Source: Macrostomum lignano (taxonomy: Eukaryota). Taken from it: a stretch of DNA of 64,000 nt. Numbering within the stretch: the first letter of the stretch is position 1; every line of letters starts with the position of its first letter. This document shows, in pieces, positions 1-11,552 of the stretch. A program made the translations under genes and the position numbers. The notes beneath the pieces were generated by a model. That model did no database searches and was not told where the DNA came from. It saw nothing but the letters and a program-made list of their open reading frames with translations. Where the stretch lies: contig NIVC01001101.1 in assembly GCA_002269645.1 (NCBI GenBank), positions 124,001 through 188,000 on the forward strand. The letters are read 5' to 3'.

Positions 1-129
1 TCCGGAAAAAAACTGTCCGAAATATGGCTTTCGATATAATAGTTATAACAATTGATTATACCTTCCCAATACGGCTAGATGTGCAACTGACAGCTCAGCC
101 GCAGCTATTGCGCGGCGCACCTGACGGCT

Positions 130-358
130 GCGTACGGCTGTTCAGTCCAAGGATCCAAGGACTGAGGGGGGGAGGGTTGCCGCACACTCAATTTCCCCAG
201 CTAATGCTGGCATCCATTTTACAGCTGGGTGAACTGAAGCAATGCAGAGTTAAGTGTCTTGCTCAAGGATACAAATTGTTCCAGTGAGATCAGGAATCAA
301 ACCCCCTACCTTCAAGTAGTGAGTCCGACGCTCCAGCCACTAACTAAGCTACAACCCC
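130..358 (-). mobile_element. tRNA-derived SINE
   Basis: The minus strand has an A-box-like TAGCTTAGTTAGTGG and a B-box-like GGTTTGATTCC. These are followed by the widespread SINE body motif TCCTTGAGCAAGACACTTAAC...CACCCAGCTGTAAAATGG. The 3' boundary is approximate. Confidence 0.6.
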
Positions 359-529
359 TACCCTATGATACAACATGGCTTCAGAGGATCAGCAATAAGA
401 TGTTATAATTGCCGCATTATAATTGAACAAATAGCAATTATCCGTTTATTTGGCCAGCGATGACAATTTAAAGTCGCCACAGGGGATATGGCGGAATTCA
501 TTCTGGTGTAGACAGGTGAGGACAGATCT

Positions 530-531
<2 letters not shown>

Positions 532-622
<91 letters not shown>
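532..622. repeat. (GA)n microsatellite
   Basis: Direct reading; one interruption near 571. Confidence 0.95.
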
Positions 623-627
<5 letters not shown>

Positions 628-1869
628 GCAGCTGCCCAGGCCTTAATGACTGGTCTTACCTACACGCTATGAGAAACTGGGGGGAGGCTTAGCTTTCTGC
701 TTTTTTATAGCCCCAATGAAAGCAACTGCATGAAATTTCACAGAAGCTAGTATACGAAATACGTGTACAATAGTGAGAAGGGAATCAGAAATCGTCTAAC
801 AAATAATAAAGTTGTTGGTGCTGTATTAACTCAAGTTACTAATGAAGTACAAAGTAAAGTAAAGTAAGTAAAAAGTAAAAAGTAAAAAGGTGCACAAAGT
901 AAAAAGGTGCAAAATTAAAGTTACTTTTTAAAGACACTTGGGCAACGAACCCTGGTTCGATTCCCACCGTGAGGGGCCGCATTCATTTGGCGCTTGTGTG
1001 CACAAAATTTGGCCCAGTGAGTTTGCGATTCACAGACTGTAAAATTTTCTCTTCGCACTTCAATGAAATAGAGCTCATAGTTAAACAAAAAATTTTCCTG
1101 TTGACAAATCCTTTGTTTTCAACGTTTTAACTAATTATGAAGCAATAAATGGTTACAGTTAAATAAATAGAATTTTCCGTCCTCTAATGAAGACACCAAA
1201 AAACTGGCTTGAACTCATAAATTTTACTGACACTGTTAATCTTAGAGCAAAAACGGAAGCAGCTTACAAGCGCAACCTTGATGTCATTGTACATTATATT
1301 AATGACATCATGACGTCACCTAAAGATATGAAATATAGTTTTCCGTTTTTCACGTCAATAGACAAATACCACCAATACTCATGATGCTCCACCTTAGTGG
1401 TCGCAGCGTAAGGTCTATAATTAGGGTAGGGTCAGGCATTGGCTAATTGTAGCCGGGAGCTTTAGGTGCTCGTCGCAAAGAAACTATATTTTATTGGCTG
1501 AAATACGAGCATAGATATTTAAAGGCAAAAATAAGATAGAAAAATATTACTTTAACTACTGAATGAGTTACAACGTTTACCGCAAAACACTCAGCGCTAG
1601 TATATACGAGGAGTCAACTACTAGCACAAAAAGCTTACGTCAGTTTCGCTAATTTTTTTCTGGCAAGTCATCAAGTACAGAAACAGAAGTTAAGTTCTAC
1701 TTGATCAAAAAAGAGCCATTTTGACTTATCAATCTGACTGTCACTGCGAAATGAACGATGCATCCTATTCAGACCGCAAACACACATTACAGTGTACCAT
1801 CGCACCCATTGTTGAAAAGTATCCAGGAACACAATTACCCCCCAAAAGTTTTTATTCTTAGACAAAAAT

Positions 1870-2215
1870 TGCAGCCCTCCCGTGAGAAACTGCCGATAGC
1901 AGCATCACAGTGATGGAGCACACAGTGTGCAGCTTCTCACCGTCATCAACGAACAGCATGCGATCCCTGACAGAAATTCAAGGCCTGGCGCCCGCCTTGT
2001 TGATGGCGGTCACAAAGAGCTTCAGCTGGACTTCTTGGACTGACCGAAAATCACTGGCTTGCCGTCAGGTCGCTCGGCGAGGATGAACAGCTTGTCAGAG
2101 CCTCCGGCGATGCAGCGCAGCTCCTGCACGTCATCTTGCAGGTCGGATACGCCGACTCGATACTGCTCGACGCCGCACATGTCGGCGATGATCAGCTGTC
2201 GATTTTTCAGGCTCT
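1870..2215 (-). pseudogene. Degraded coding fragment, copy 1 of a duplicated unknown (possibly beta-propeller-like) gene
   Basis: Translates as RQLIIADMCGV...DLQDDVQELRCIAGGSDKLFILA, with a frameshift and stops downstream. Paralogous to 3235-3362. Confidence 0.35.
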
Positions 2216-2479
2216 TTTTTCAGGCTTCATACAGGCTTCATATAAGCCGAACGCTAGCTTACTCGGAGCGGGCGCAAGATTCTAAACTGTACAACATTCG
2301 ACAAGAATGTACTTTGCTGCTAAGAGCCAACTAAATGCAATCTCCAAGCTGCAGATGGTTTTCAGTACAATTCGTGTGATACTCGAAGCCAAAGTCGCTA
2401 TTCTACTACGCGTTACACACAGTCCAGGCAATAAATAGCTTAACATTAGGCTTTTTTCCGCTTCGACAAACTACCAAGG

Positions 2480-2870
2480 AGGGAATTGAAGTTGAGCAGT
2501 TGAGGTTTGCCCACTGTCGAGGCTTGATCAGCGTCATCAGACGTCATTTGTCACCTGGTCCCACCTGTTGAAGGTCCAGAAGCTCGTGCCTGGGTGAAGG
2601 CCAGGTTGAAGATTCACAAAGTCATAGCTGATGCAGACAAATTTCATCAACGTGCTTCGGAGGCTTGGCAAGGCTGCATGCACTAAGGCGCAATGCTGAT
2701 TGGCGTATTGAGGTGAACTGAATGCACTAGCACTCATGTCGGAAACTCCGACATTCTGTCAAAATTGTTGAATATCTCGACGGTCCTGAGAGCTGGCGAT
2801 TTGATTCTTGTTCGAGAAAGTGCGCAAAAAAACCTGTGTTTTTGAATTTCGTGTGCCTGCGTTGCTCCCT
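2480..2870 (+). pseudogene. Degraded LRR-like coding fragment, diverged homolog of 8345-8990
   Basis: Contains QLRFAHCRGLI and VTWSHLLKVQKL. The nucleotide sequence aligns in inverted orientation to about 8345-8760. Confidence 0.35.
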
Positions 2871-3229
2871 TCTGGCGCATAAAAAAAGCGCAGAGACACA
2901 AATCCACTCGTAAATGACAACTGAAACGCTAATTCTTAAGACAGATAAAATTTTGTCCAGGAAGAGCTGATCCTGTCTCACGCCCGCAACTTTGTCGCTG
3001 ACAATTCTTTTATCTACGAGTATAGACAAGCTTGGAAAAGTAGTCACAGATAGTTGAATAAAAAATGTTGCTTTTTACGCGCATACTACCGTACAGAGAG
3101 TAGTTTTTCTGAACATCGATGACTGAAGCATCTGGGGTATTTTGTATGCCGGCTTGCATTTGCCTTTCCGGAATGGAACTTTGACTGCAGCACCGAAGTA
3201 GGGCGTTCCGAAGCCGCCACTGACTTGCG

Positions 3230-3534
3230 AGAATAAACAGCTTGTCAGAGTCTCCGGCGATACAGCGCAGCATCTGTACGTCATCTTCCAGGTCAAAGAA
3301 ACCGCCTCGGGACTGATTGACTCCGCACATGTCGACGATGATCAGCTGTTGATCTTCAGCGATGATTTTGAGCTGCCGGGTACCTTGCCGACCTCTTGAG
3401 AGTCGAATGAAACCACAGCGATTTTTTCTCGCTGGAAGAATGATCCACGGTGACAAGAATGGATTTGGGAGGCAGTTGGAGTTTTTCAGATTCTTCAGTA
3501 GCTGCCTGAGATGCTTCAGCGACTTCAGTAACAT
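3230..3534 (-). pseudogene. Degraded coding fragment, copy 2 of the gene at 1870-2215
   Basis: QQLIIVDMCGV...DLEDDVQMLRCIAGDSDKLFILA within ORF 3010-3534. Confidence 0.35.
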
Positions 3535-3564
3535 TTCAGTAATATTTTTCAGGTGGTCACTCTC

Positions 3565-3675
3565 TGTCTCACGCTGTCACTCTCACTGTCACTCTCACTG
3601 TCACTCTCTGACACTGTCACTTCTCCTATTCTGGCATTCACTGTCACTCTCTGACTCTGTCTCTGTCTCTCTGCC
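3565..3675. repeat. Imperfect (CACTCT/CACTGT)n microsatellite
   Basis: Direct reading. Confidence 0.8.
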
Positions 3676-4322
3676 AATTGAATCCACAGTTATTAACCGG
3701 AAACAGTCAATGTCTATCAGGAAACAGGCGTCGGATTGCAGCTCGTGGGTAGCAAAGTGCCGTTGAGAATTTCCCCAACGTAAAACTCTGCAGTCATGCA
3801 CCCCTTGATGCCCTGACATAATTAAAAAAATAATCGAAGATTAATCGAAGCGCTTGCATGCAAGGCTATATGATAACTCTCTTTCTTTACTTCGCTTTAC
3901 TTCAACAATAACTTCTCTTTCTAAAGCAAGTATGACTTCAAATCTCGTTCTTATTGTGCTACACACAGACTTCTGACTGGACGGGCGAAGTATTTCCTGA
4001 GCCAGTGAAAATTCTCATTCGATTGTTTAAAGTTGCTTCTGACCAATAGTGTTTCGGGAATCAATGCATATTAAGAGGACAAGCAAGCAGCCTGGCTTGA
4101 GAAAATAACAACCAGACCACAGAGTTACCTTATGCTACAGTTGTACTGGACCATGTCAGGCAGCAACCTACTAGCAGGTTAGTGCAAACAGTATTCTCAA
4201 CTACTGTATTGCTGAAATAAAATTCCGATATTTCACCCTCCTCATTTGCTCCTGCAGGCTCACAGCTGATTTTCAAAGCCATTATTGTTCTCACGACAAT
4301 AATAGCAGCGACCTCCGGAACC

Positions 4323-5249
4323 ATGTGGAGGCTGGCGGACGTGCAGTGCGCTCCCGAGAACGCCAGCGCCGCGGCCGCCTTCCTCCGGTTCGTGGCGACC
4401 AGGGAGACTCACTGCGTCATGACGGCCTCCGAGAAGGCGCCCACAGGAGCTCTGGTGGCCCAGTTCGACAAGCTCTCCCGAACCTGCTCCGTGTTCGATT
4501 TCCAATCCGTGTGCCGAGCTCTGATCTCCGGACAGTCGGCCAGCTGCGCCGTGTTTTACCGATTTCCAATCAACCATCGATCGATGAACGCCAAGCTCAA
4601 CAACGTGTGGCTGGCGGACGGCGTGAGCAGACTGGAGAACCTGGTCTGCCAGGCTGACCGGGACACGAACCGGCTGCAACCGGTGGGCGTTGTGTGGAGC
4701 AGCGACGGCGCCGTGTTCGACGGAGTGAGCGCCTTCGCCCAGTTAAACAAGACCGACATCAGCTTCACCACTGGCCTCACCTGGCTGCTCAGGATCAAAC
4801 GGCAGCCCAGACAGCAGCCATACTTTGAGTTCAACGACTGCAGCACCTTGGGACAGGCTGTGGTGTACTCTGCTCACTTTTGGGAGTATTCTGCTCCAAG
4901 ACAAGCCTTCGTTCGACTGGGTGACATCACCGGAACTCTGCTGCAAAGTCACCAAACACTTGTAGACACCCTGTCTGCTGGAGCTGACGACTGGGTGAAT
5001 ATCGGTTTCACAACTACCGCCTCTGGCGAGTCGATGGACATGTTCTTGGGAAATTCTTTCTTGTCCAGAGCGAGCATTAGTAAACTAAACGTAGCGAGCA
5101 TTTCTATCAGCAACATGTGCATGCTCTTCGGGATGCGAGTGAGCGCTCCAAACTACATGTTCCATGGGACCCTGCGAGCTCTGGCCCTCGCCAGTGCCCG
5201 CATGTCCGAGACTGAGATTCGCGATTTCTTCGACCTACTGAGCGAATGA
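4323..5249 (+). CDS. Intronless 308-aa protein with a C-terminal LamG/concanavalin-A-like jelly-roll domain
   Basis: Uninterrupted GC-rich ORF in AT-rich flanks, with a good start context (GGAACCATG). The C-terminal pattern AVFDG...WVNIGFT...MFLG...MFHGTLRALAL...MSETEIR resembles LamG-like domains. Confidence 0.62.
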   Translation: MWRLADVQCAPENASAAAAFLRFVATRETHCVMTASEKAPTGALVAQFDKLSRTCSVFDFQSVCRALISGQSASCAVFYRFPINHRSMNAKLNNVWLADGVSRLENLVCQADRDTNRLQPVGVVWSSDGAVFDGVSAFAQLNKTDISFTTGLTWLLRIKRQPRQQPYFEFNDCSTLGQAVVYSAHFWEYSAPRQAFVRLGDITGTLLQSHQTLVDTLSAGADDWVNIGFTTTASGESMDMFLGNSFLSRASISKLNVASISISNMCMLFGMRVSAPNYMFHGTLRALALASARMSETEIRDFFDLLSE

Positions 5250-8200
5250 AATTACTTCAATGGTTTCGATCGTTCCCCGGTATTCTGCTAATTACTGTAG
5301 CGTCGGCAGCCTAAGCTGAAAATTTCTACTTTTTAGCACTTTTTAGAGCATTTCTATTCCTATATGACTGAATACGCGGCTCGTACAATCCCTTTTGGTC
5401 CGATTTCTTCTGGAAATTAATTTATTTATATGACCTATTATAATATATTATTCGACCAGAAATACAAAATTGCAAACCACTTATCAAGTTAATCTTTTAG
5501 TCTGTGATTTGTAATAATCAAGTATTAAAAAACAGGAACTAGCAGTTGTACATGTACATTCACGAACTAAATAGGTCAGGTGCAGCTCGTGACATCTTTT
5601 TAATCGATTTTCGTGCGGGATGCGCATCCAAGACACTTGCTGAAATGAGCACCCGAATCAAGGGCTTTTCAGGAGTTATTCAAACAATCAATCATTAGAA
5701 TAATTATACGCTCGTAAAAGTCTGGTATAATTACCTCTATAAAAAGCTATGGGCTAACTGATGAGGTTTAGAGTGTGTCGGATCTAGAAGTCGTCGAGCT
5801 CTGACTAAGGCCACGAGGCCATGACGCAGGCAGGAGAGCACTGAGTCTTATTAAATTGACATGCATGAAAGGATCGGAAAATATACTGATAGGAAACGTC
5901 TGATTTAGCGCAAGCATACAGAATTAACTATTTTAAATGTCATACGGACAGGGATGCTCCAGCGCTGGATGAGGGTTGAGGGGTGCTTCCACGATGCAAA
6001 AACCTGAGCGGTGGCAAACTGGTCAAAAGTACCTGGTAGAGCTTATAAGATGCATTCCAAATCCGCTTATTGAAATCTACAGCGCATCCCTACAGTGCCC
6101 TGTACTTGTTACTCTGAGCCCCTACATGTGCGTTTTGAGTTCCCGTCAAAGTCACGATACAATACAAGGACCCAGTTTCTAAGTTCTTCATCTTCGACAG
6201 CTGCTCTGATCTGCTCAGTTATAAGCTCACCCGAATGCGCTGCAAACCAATGTCTTATATTGACCCTTGTCACTGTATTGACCGAGAAAGTCTGTTTTGC
6301 AACTTTCCGCAGTTGAACATTCATTTTCCTGACGGATTAGTATTTACAAAGTCTTTCGTTGCCGTTTCACATTAGGGCCAAAGCAAAAAGGAATAAAAAT
6401 TTCGTATTAGCCATGGTATCATGGCTGCATAGGGCAGAAAAGTCCCCATTGAGGGATGAAAGGATGATGAAGTAGATCTGGTTCTCCAACCTTTCTCCTG
6501 TTCTCTTTTCCTGGTTTCGTAAGCATTTTTGCTGCTTTTTACAGTAGTCTTTTACTTTGCCATGTTAGAGTTAATTAAATTTGATTTGGAGTCGTGCACA
6601 GTAGAATTGATGCTTCCACGTCTAGAACACCAACCCCAACCATAAGCTCAATCAATACCAAACTAAATAAATTTATCGATGAGATATTTTGATTAGTGTT
6701 TTTGTTTTGCGATCTCATGAATATATTAAGCAGCTCGGCAAAACACAGCAATTTTGTGTCACTGAGCGGTCTCCCAGCTACGCTCCAGGTCAACATTGTT
6801 AAATCCCATTCAGTGAAGATCCACTCAGCACATCCCTTCTCAGCATTATTCCAAGTCAAGTACCATTTCCTGATCGTTAGCATCATTCCCTTGAAATATC
6901 TCAAGTGGCACTCAAAATGATCATTAATGCAAAATTGTGTTCACAAAACGACAAAATCGTTGTTTTCATAAGCTCAAAATTTCACATTTTTAATAGCAGA
7001 ATCTTTCACGATTTATCGATTTCTAAATTACATGGCTTGAAACTTCTGCGCCTGTCTCATGGTGGGGATCCCATGGGGCAAATGGGGCAGGACAACTCAG
7101 TAGTAACGAGTCTGACTCGCGCCGCGACTCCAGCTGGTTCATTTGCCAGACGTTGTCCTGCGATTCACAGCCACATGGCACAGAGAGTGGGCATGACTGA
7201 CGATTGAAAATTCAGAGCAGATGAACACCCTGTGTGAGCGTGTGTTATGAGTGCTTGCTTGCGTACACAATTAAAGCGCTCTGCTGAAAGTTCGGTCTAA
7301 CCACGGTCGTCTGCCGACCGGCTCCAAGCTCCTCTAAATGAAGAACTGGCGCTATGGGCTTTAGCTGTAGATCGTGGGCCAGCTTCCTAGCTCTGTTTTG
7401 TGTCCCAATTTTACCCATATTGACTGGCGCAGCCTCAATGCCGACGCCATTCGCGGTCCGATAATCTGACGGCGATGCCGGGGGGGGGGGTGGTTAGCCA
7501 CTGCGATCGTATTCGTATAGATGTGCTGCACAGCTGCATAGAAGAAAATATCGTGGGTCTTAAAAAATAACTTTTTTCAGGTATAATTATGACGACACAG
7601 CAAAAAATGTTGTTCAACCATTATGGATGAGCAAACAACTTGTACCTGTCAATATAGCTAATGCATCAGAAAGTTGGACGGATCTGAAAAAAAGTTGTTC
7701 AAGCATAATGGATCAGCAAATAAGTTGTATCCGCAAATAAATATAGTCTGCAAAGGAAGAGGCGACAGGAAAATCTGATTGCTGAATTAGATTTTAGATT
7801 TGCACCTTACGCAATTGCCCTCAAATTGGCTGTTTTTTCATGTGATTAAAAAATCTCACACCGCAGATTTTACCACTAAAATGATGGGATATAAAAAGTG
7901 ACTGAAAACTATAAATTATTATCAGCATAGAGACATCCCACCACTTCGGCTTTGGATGATGCGGTTGATGATGAGGCAGATCTGGCACTCTAGCCTCCCT
8001 CTGCTCCGTTTTTCCTAGTCTCGCAGGCATTTTTGCTGCTAGCTTGTCTACTTTACCACAGTAGAGTAGCTTAAAGTTGAGTTGAAGTACAACAGCATTA
8101 ATGCTTTGACTTCTAGAACACCAACCCCAATGCCAAGCACTCGTACAACCATAGACTATCAGTGCTAAATTAAAATTATCTGATAAAAATTGTCCAACCA

Positions 8201-8344
8201 CGGTTGTCTTCCGACTTTTGAGCTCTAGATGAAGACCTGGCGCTATTAGGTCCGTATTAGTTCGTGGGCCCGCTGCGGCCCAGGATCGATTCCAAGTGCA
8301 GTCACATTAACAGTAGAATTATCAAGAGGGGGAATTCCCCCTGA

Positions 8345-8990
8345 CAATTTTTTTACTGCGCCGAAACAGAGCAACGCAGGCACACGAAATTCAAGAACAC
8401 GGGCTGAATTTTGTTGCGCACCTTCTCAAACAAGAATCAAGTCGCCAGCCCTCCGGACCGTCGAGATATTCGACGATTCTGCCAGAAGGTCGGATTTTTC
8501 CCATAAGCGCCAGTGTATTCAATACACCCCTGTGCGCCGATCAGCACTGCGCCTCAGTGCGGCCTTGCCAAGCCTCCAAATTTCATCAGCTCGTCGAGCA
8601 CATGTGTCTGCATCAGCTCTGACTTCGTTGGTCACTGACTTTCATTCAGACGGAGCTTCTGGACCTTCAACAGGTGGCACCAGGTGACTACGGAAACGCT
8701 GTTTCGAAATTCTCTAGTTCCGCCGATCATGCCTTGACAGTGGGCAAGCCTCAATTGCTGGACATTCTCAGCTAGTTTCTCTAGCATTCCGTCATCACCG
8801 GACGCCGTCAGCACCTTCAAAAGGTGGCACCATGTGACTATGGACATCTTGCTGCAACTATGTCAGCTTTTTCTTATCAAGCTTCAATAATGGGCAAACC
8901 TCAGCCTCAACTGCTAGGTATCCTCAACTAGTTTCTCAAGCATTCGGTCGTCATTCAGTCGTCATCGGAACCCTCAGGAAGGCGAAACCT
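8345..8990 (-). pseudogene. Degraded LRR-like gene fragment
   Basis: MLEKLAENVQQLRLAHCQGM...VTWCHLLKVQKLRL shows LxLxxC spacing and internal repetition; stops are present. Confidence 0.35.
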
Positions 8991-9482
8991 TGACTATGGA
9001 TACCCAAAATTTTTAAACAATTTTAGTAACTTTTCAGACAGAAAACTTAGAGATTTAGTATATTGTGACTTGATCTTCACTTCACAAAAAATAGATATAA
9101 TTTTTTTCTTCGCGAATCTTCGGTTCAATTTACAGTTTAGTTAAAAAATTACGTCATCAAGTTAACGTAATCATGTCGGGTGATGATAGACTGTTTGAGA
9201 GTCTAGCTGAGAATGACCAGGAGTTAAAGTTTGCCCATAATTGATGCCTGGTCAGTGAAATGAAAAAAATCGCAACAGCGTGTTCATAGTCGCCTGGTGT
9301 GATCTATTTGAGGTATCGACGGCGTCGGGGTGATGACGGAATGCTCGAGAAACTAGCTGAGAATGTCCAGCAATTGAGGCTTGCCCACTGTCAAGGCATG
9401 ATAGGCGGAACTAGAGAATTTCGGAACAGCGTTTCCGTAGTCACCTGGTGCCACCTGTTGTAGGTCCAGAAGCTCCGCCTGA
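8647..9482. repeat. Inverted duplication (arms about 8647-8810 and 9318-9482)
   Basis: The arms are near-identical reverse complements, e.g. GAGAAACTAGCTGAGAATGTCCAGCAATTGAGGCTTGCCCACTGTCAAGGCATGAT. Spacer is about 500 bp. Confidence 0.85.
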
Positions 9483-9526
9483 ACTCCGTTGAACTCCTCG
9501 CTCCTCGAATCGTCCAGCTTCGCCGC

Positions 9527-9557
<31 letters not shown>

Positions 9558-9974
9558 GACCACCACTCGCTCGTCGGCCACGGTGAAGATGGCAAAATCG
9601 GTGAAATTCTGCCCATTGTTCAGGTCCGGTTTCGACGCGCTGTTGTTGCCAACGCTCCTAGAGCTGGCGTCGCCGCGTCGCTTCGGGCCGTTGTTGACGT
9701 GTCATCGTCGGCCTGTTGCTCGAAGCCGATGACATCGATCTGCGAGCGACATAGGAGTTGAGGGGCGGGGTTTGAGTGGGAATTCACAATCTTAGTAAAA
9801 ATCTATTTTGGCTGGGAACAATATTAGTAAATAGAAGCTAAATATTACTAACCCAAATAGCCGTAAACCCAAACCTAAAAAACCCGACGAACAACCCTAA
9901 AAACTGGACACCCCTACCTGTTGGATACTTTGTTCTGACCCTAAGCAGCCTCCGATCGAATTAAATTAACGCCT

Positions 9975-10150
9975 GAGATTTATGGATTCTAATGGTAGAT
10001 TTATGTATACTATTGGTATATTTATGGATTCCAATGGTATATTTATGGATTCCAATGATATATTTATGGATTCCAATGGTATATTTATGGATTCTAATTG
10101 TATATTTATGGATTCTAATGGTAGATTTATGGATTCTAATGGTAGATTTG
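9975..10150. repeat. 21-bp minisatellite (ATTTATGGATTCCAATGGTAT)
   Basis: About 8 copies; 7-aa periodicity in the overlapping ORFs. Confidence 0.92.
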
Positions 10151-10151
10151 T

Positions 10152-10380
10152 GGATACGGAGGTTTTTCGGCAAAGTATATGGATACGGATGTGGTTACGG
10201 GAAGTTACGGATACGGAGGTTTTTCGGCAAAGCATATGGATACGAATGTGGTTACGGGAAGTTACGGATACGGAGGTTTTTCGGCAAAGCATATGGATAC
10301 GAATGTGGTTACGGGAAGTTACGGATACGGAGGTTTTTCGGCAAAGTATCCGAGTTATGGATACGGATGTGGTTACGGGA
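10152..10380. repeat. 57-bp minisatellite (GGATACGGAGGTTTTTCGGCAAAG...)
   Basis: About 4 copies; 19-aa periodicity DTEVFRQSIWIRMWLREVT. Confidence 0.9.
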
Positions 10381-10429
10381 ACACATATTTCCTATATCTA
10401 GTTCCCGTATCTAGTAATAACACTCAACT

Positions 10430-10930
10430 GTGACATGAAAGACCATTGGAGCTGTTTCAAAGTGAGGGGAATTCTTAAGTCCCTGGAATTAGGACTCAAG
10501 CATCAACATAGTTTGTCAATGCCATGTCCACGTTGTGGTTGGGTGGTAGGGGCGAATGTTAAGATGAATGTTTTATCAGTTTCAAAGAGCTCGTAAGTCC
10601 ATGCAAGGATTTGGAGACTTGAGCAACAGAGAGTTTCGATGCCACATGCACGTTGTGGCTAGGTGGTGGTGGCTAATGTTAAGATGAATGTTTTTACTTT
10701 TCAATGCAGGGGCTAGAGCTCTTAAGTCCCTGGGGTCGTGGACTTAAACAACAGAGTTTTGACACCACGACAGCACATTGGGGTTGGGGATAAAGTTAAG
10801 ATAAATCACTTTCAAGGGGAGCTCTTAAGTCCCTGGGTTGGGGACTTGGATGGGGTTGGGATCGTGGGGCTAAATTTGAGATGAATGTGAGAGGAGCTCT
10901 TAAGTCCCTAGAATGTTGTGGTTGGGATGG
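10430..10930. repeat. Diverged tandem repeat of about 110 bp
   Basis: Recurring GAGCTCTTAAGTCCCT and GTTAAGATGAATG motifs. Confidence 0.6.
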
Positions 10931-11246
10931 TGGGGGCTTAAGTTAAGATGAATGAAGCTAATGGGGAAGCCGTCCAGCATTGGCCACTATCAAAGAAGAC
11001 TAGATTGCAAAGGAGGTGTCTTGAAAACCAACTGATAACTAGGCCATCGCCCTCCAAAAAGATCTTGAATAATAACAATTGGAGATTTTGTTACTTTAGT
11101 TACTTAAATAATGCAAGGAAAGATGTCAGGAGAGAGAGGACAGAAGGGAAAAAGAAGAGAGGGAGAAAGGAGAGAGAAGGGGGAAAGAAGAGAGGGGAGA
11201 GGGGAGGAAAGAGGGGAGAGAGGAGAGTAAAGGGGGCAGAGAAGAG

Positions 11247-11552
11247 AATCTTGCTGTTCGCCCTTGGCCTCGCCTGCGCGATCCCAGCAGCATGAGCAGC
11301 AGCACTTCGTGTAGCAGCTCAGGGCAGAGGGCCTCCGACCAGATGACGTGGCCAGCCAGTCGAAGTCATCGCCCGCGCAGCAGGTCAGAAGGATGCATCA
11401 GGCATGCCCTTGTGTAGAGCGCGGCATTGGTCTGATCTCGCTACCTGGACTGCTGCGCACTCTGAACGCCGCACGCAGCATGGCCGTAAGCGCAGCGTTC
11501 AGCTGCCTCTCCAAGGCTTCCGTCAGGGTCCAGGTCTTGGCATTGGACAACA
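11247..11552 (-). mobile_element. 3' fragment of an RTE-type non-LTR retrotransposon ORF, degraded
   Basis: SNAKTWTLTEALERQLNAA...MLRAAF, then after a frameshift TNAALY...PSDLLR..LRLAGHVI, matching the post-RT C-terminus of RTE elements. Confidence 0.65.

Noticed and set aside
935-1050. tRNA gene (GGTTCGATTCCC); similar B-box at 37455-37500
   Set aside because: Only a B-box is present and no cloverleaf; probably SINE remnants.
5758-5790. Hammerhead-like CTGATGAG (also at 28165)
   Set aside because: No stem II followed by GAAA.
5976-8201. Transposase or GTPase in the short ORFs and diverged repeats (6.6 vs 8.1 kb; 7.3 vs 8.2 kb)
   Set aside because: Homologous degraded segments are visible, but no diagnostic motif could be read.
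9961-10433. Several overlapping ORFs
   Set aside because: They are translations of the 21- and 57-bp minisatellites.
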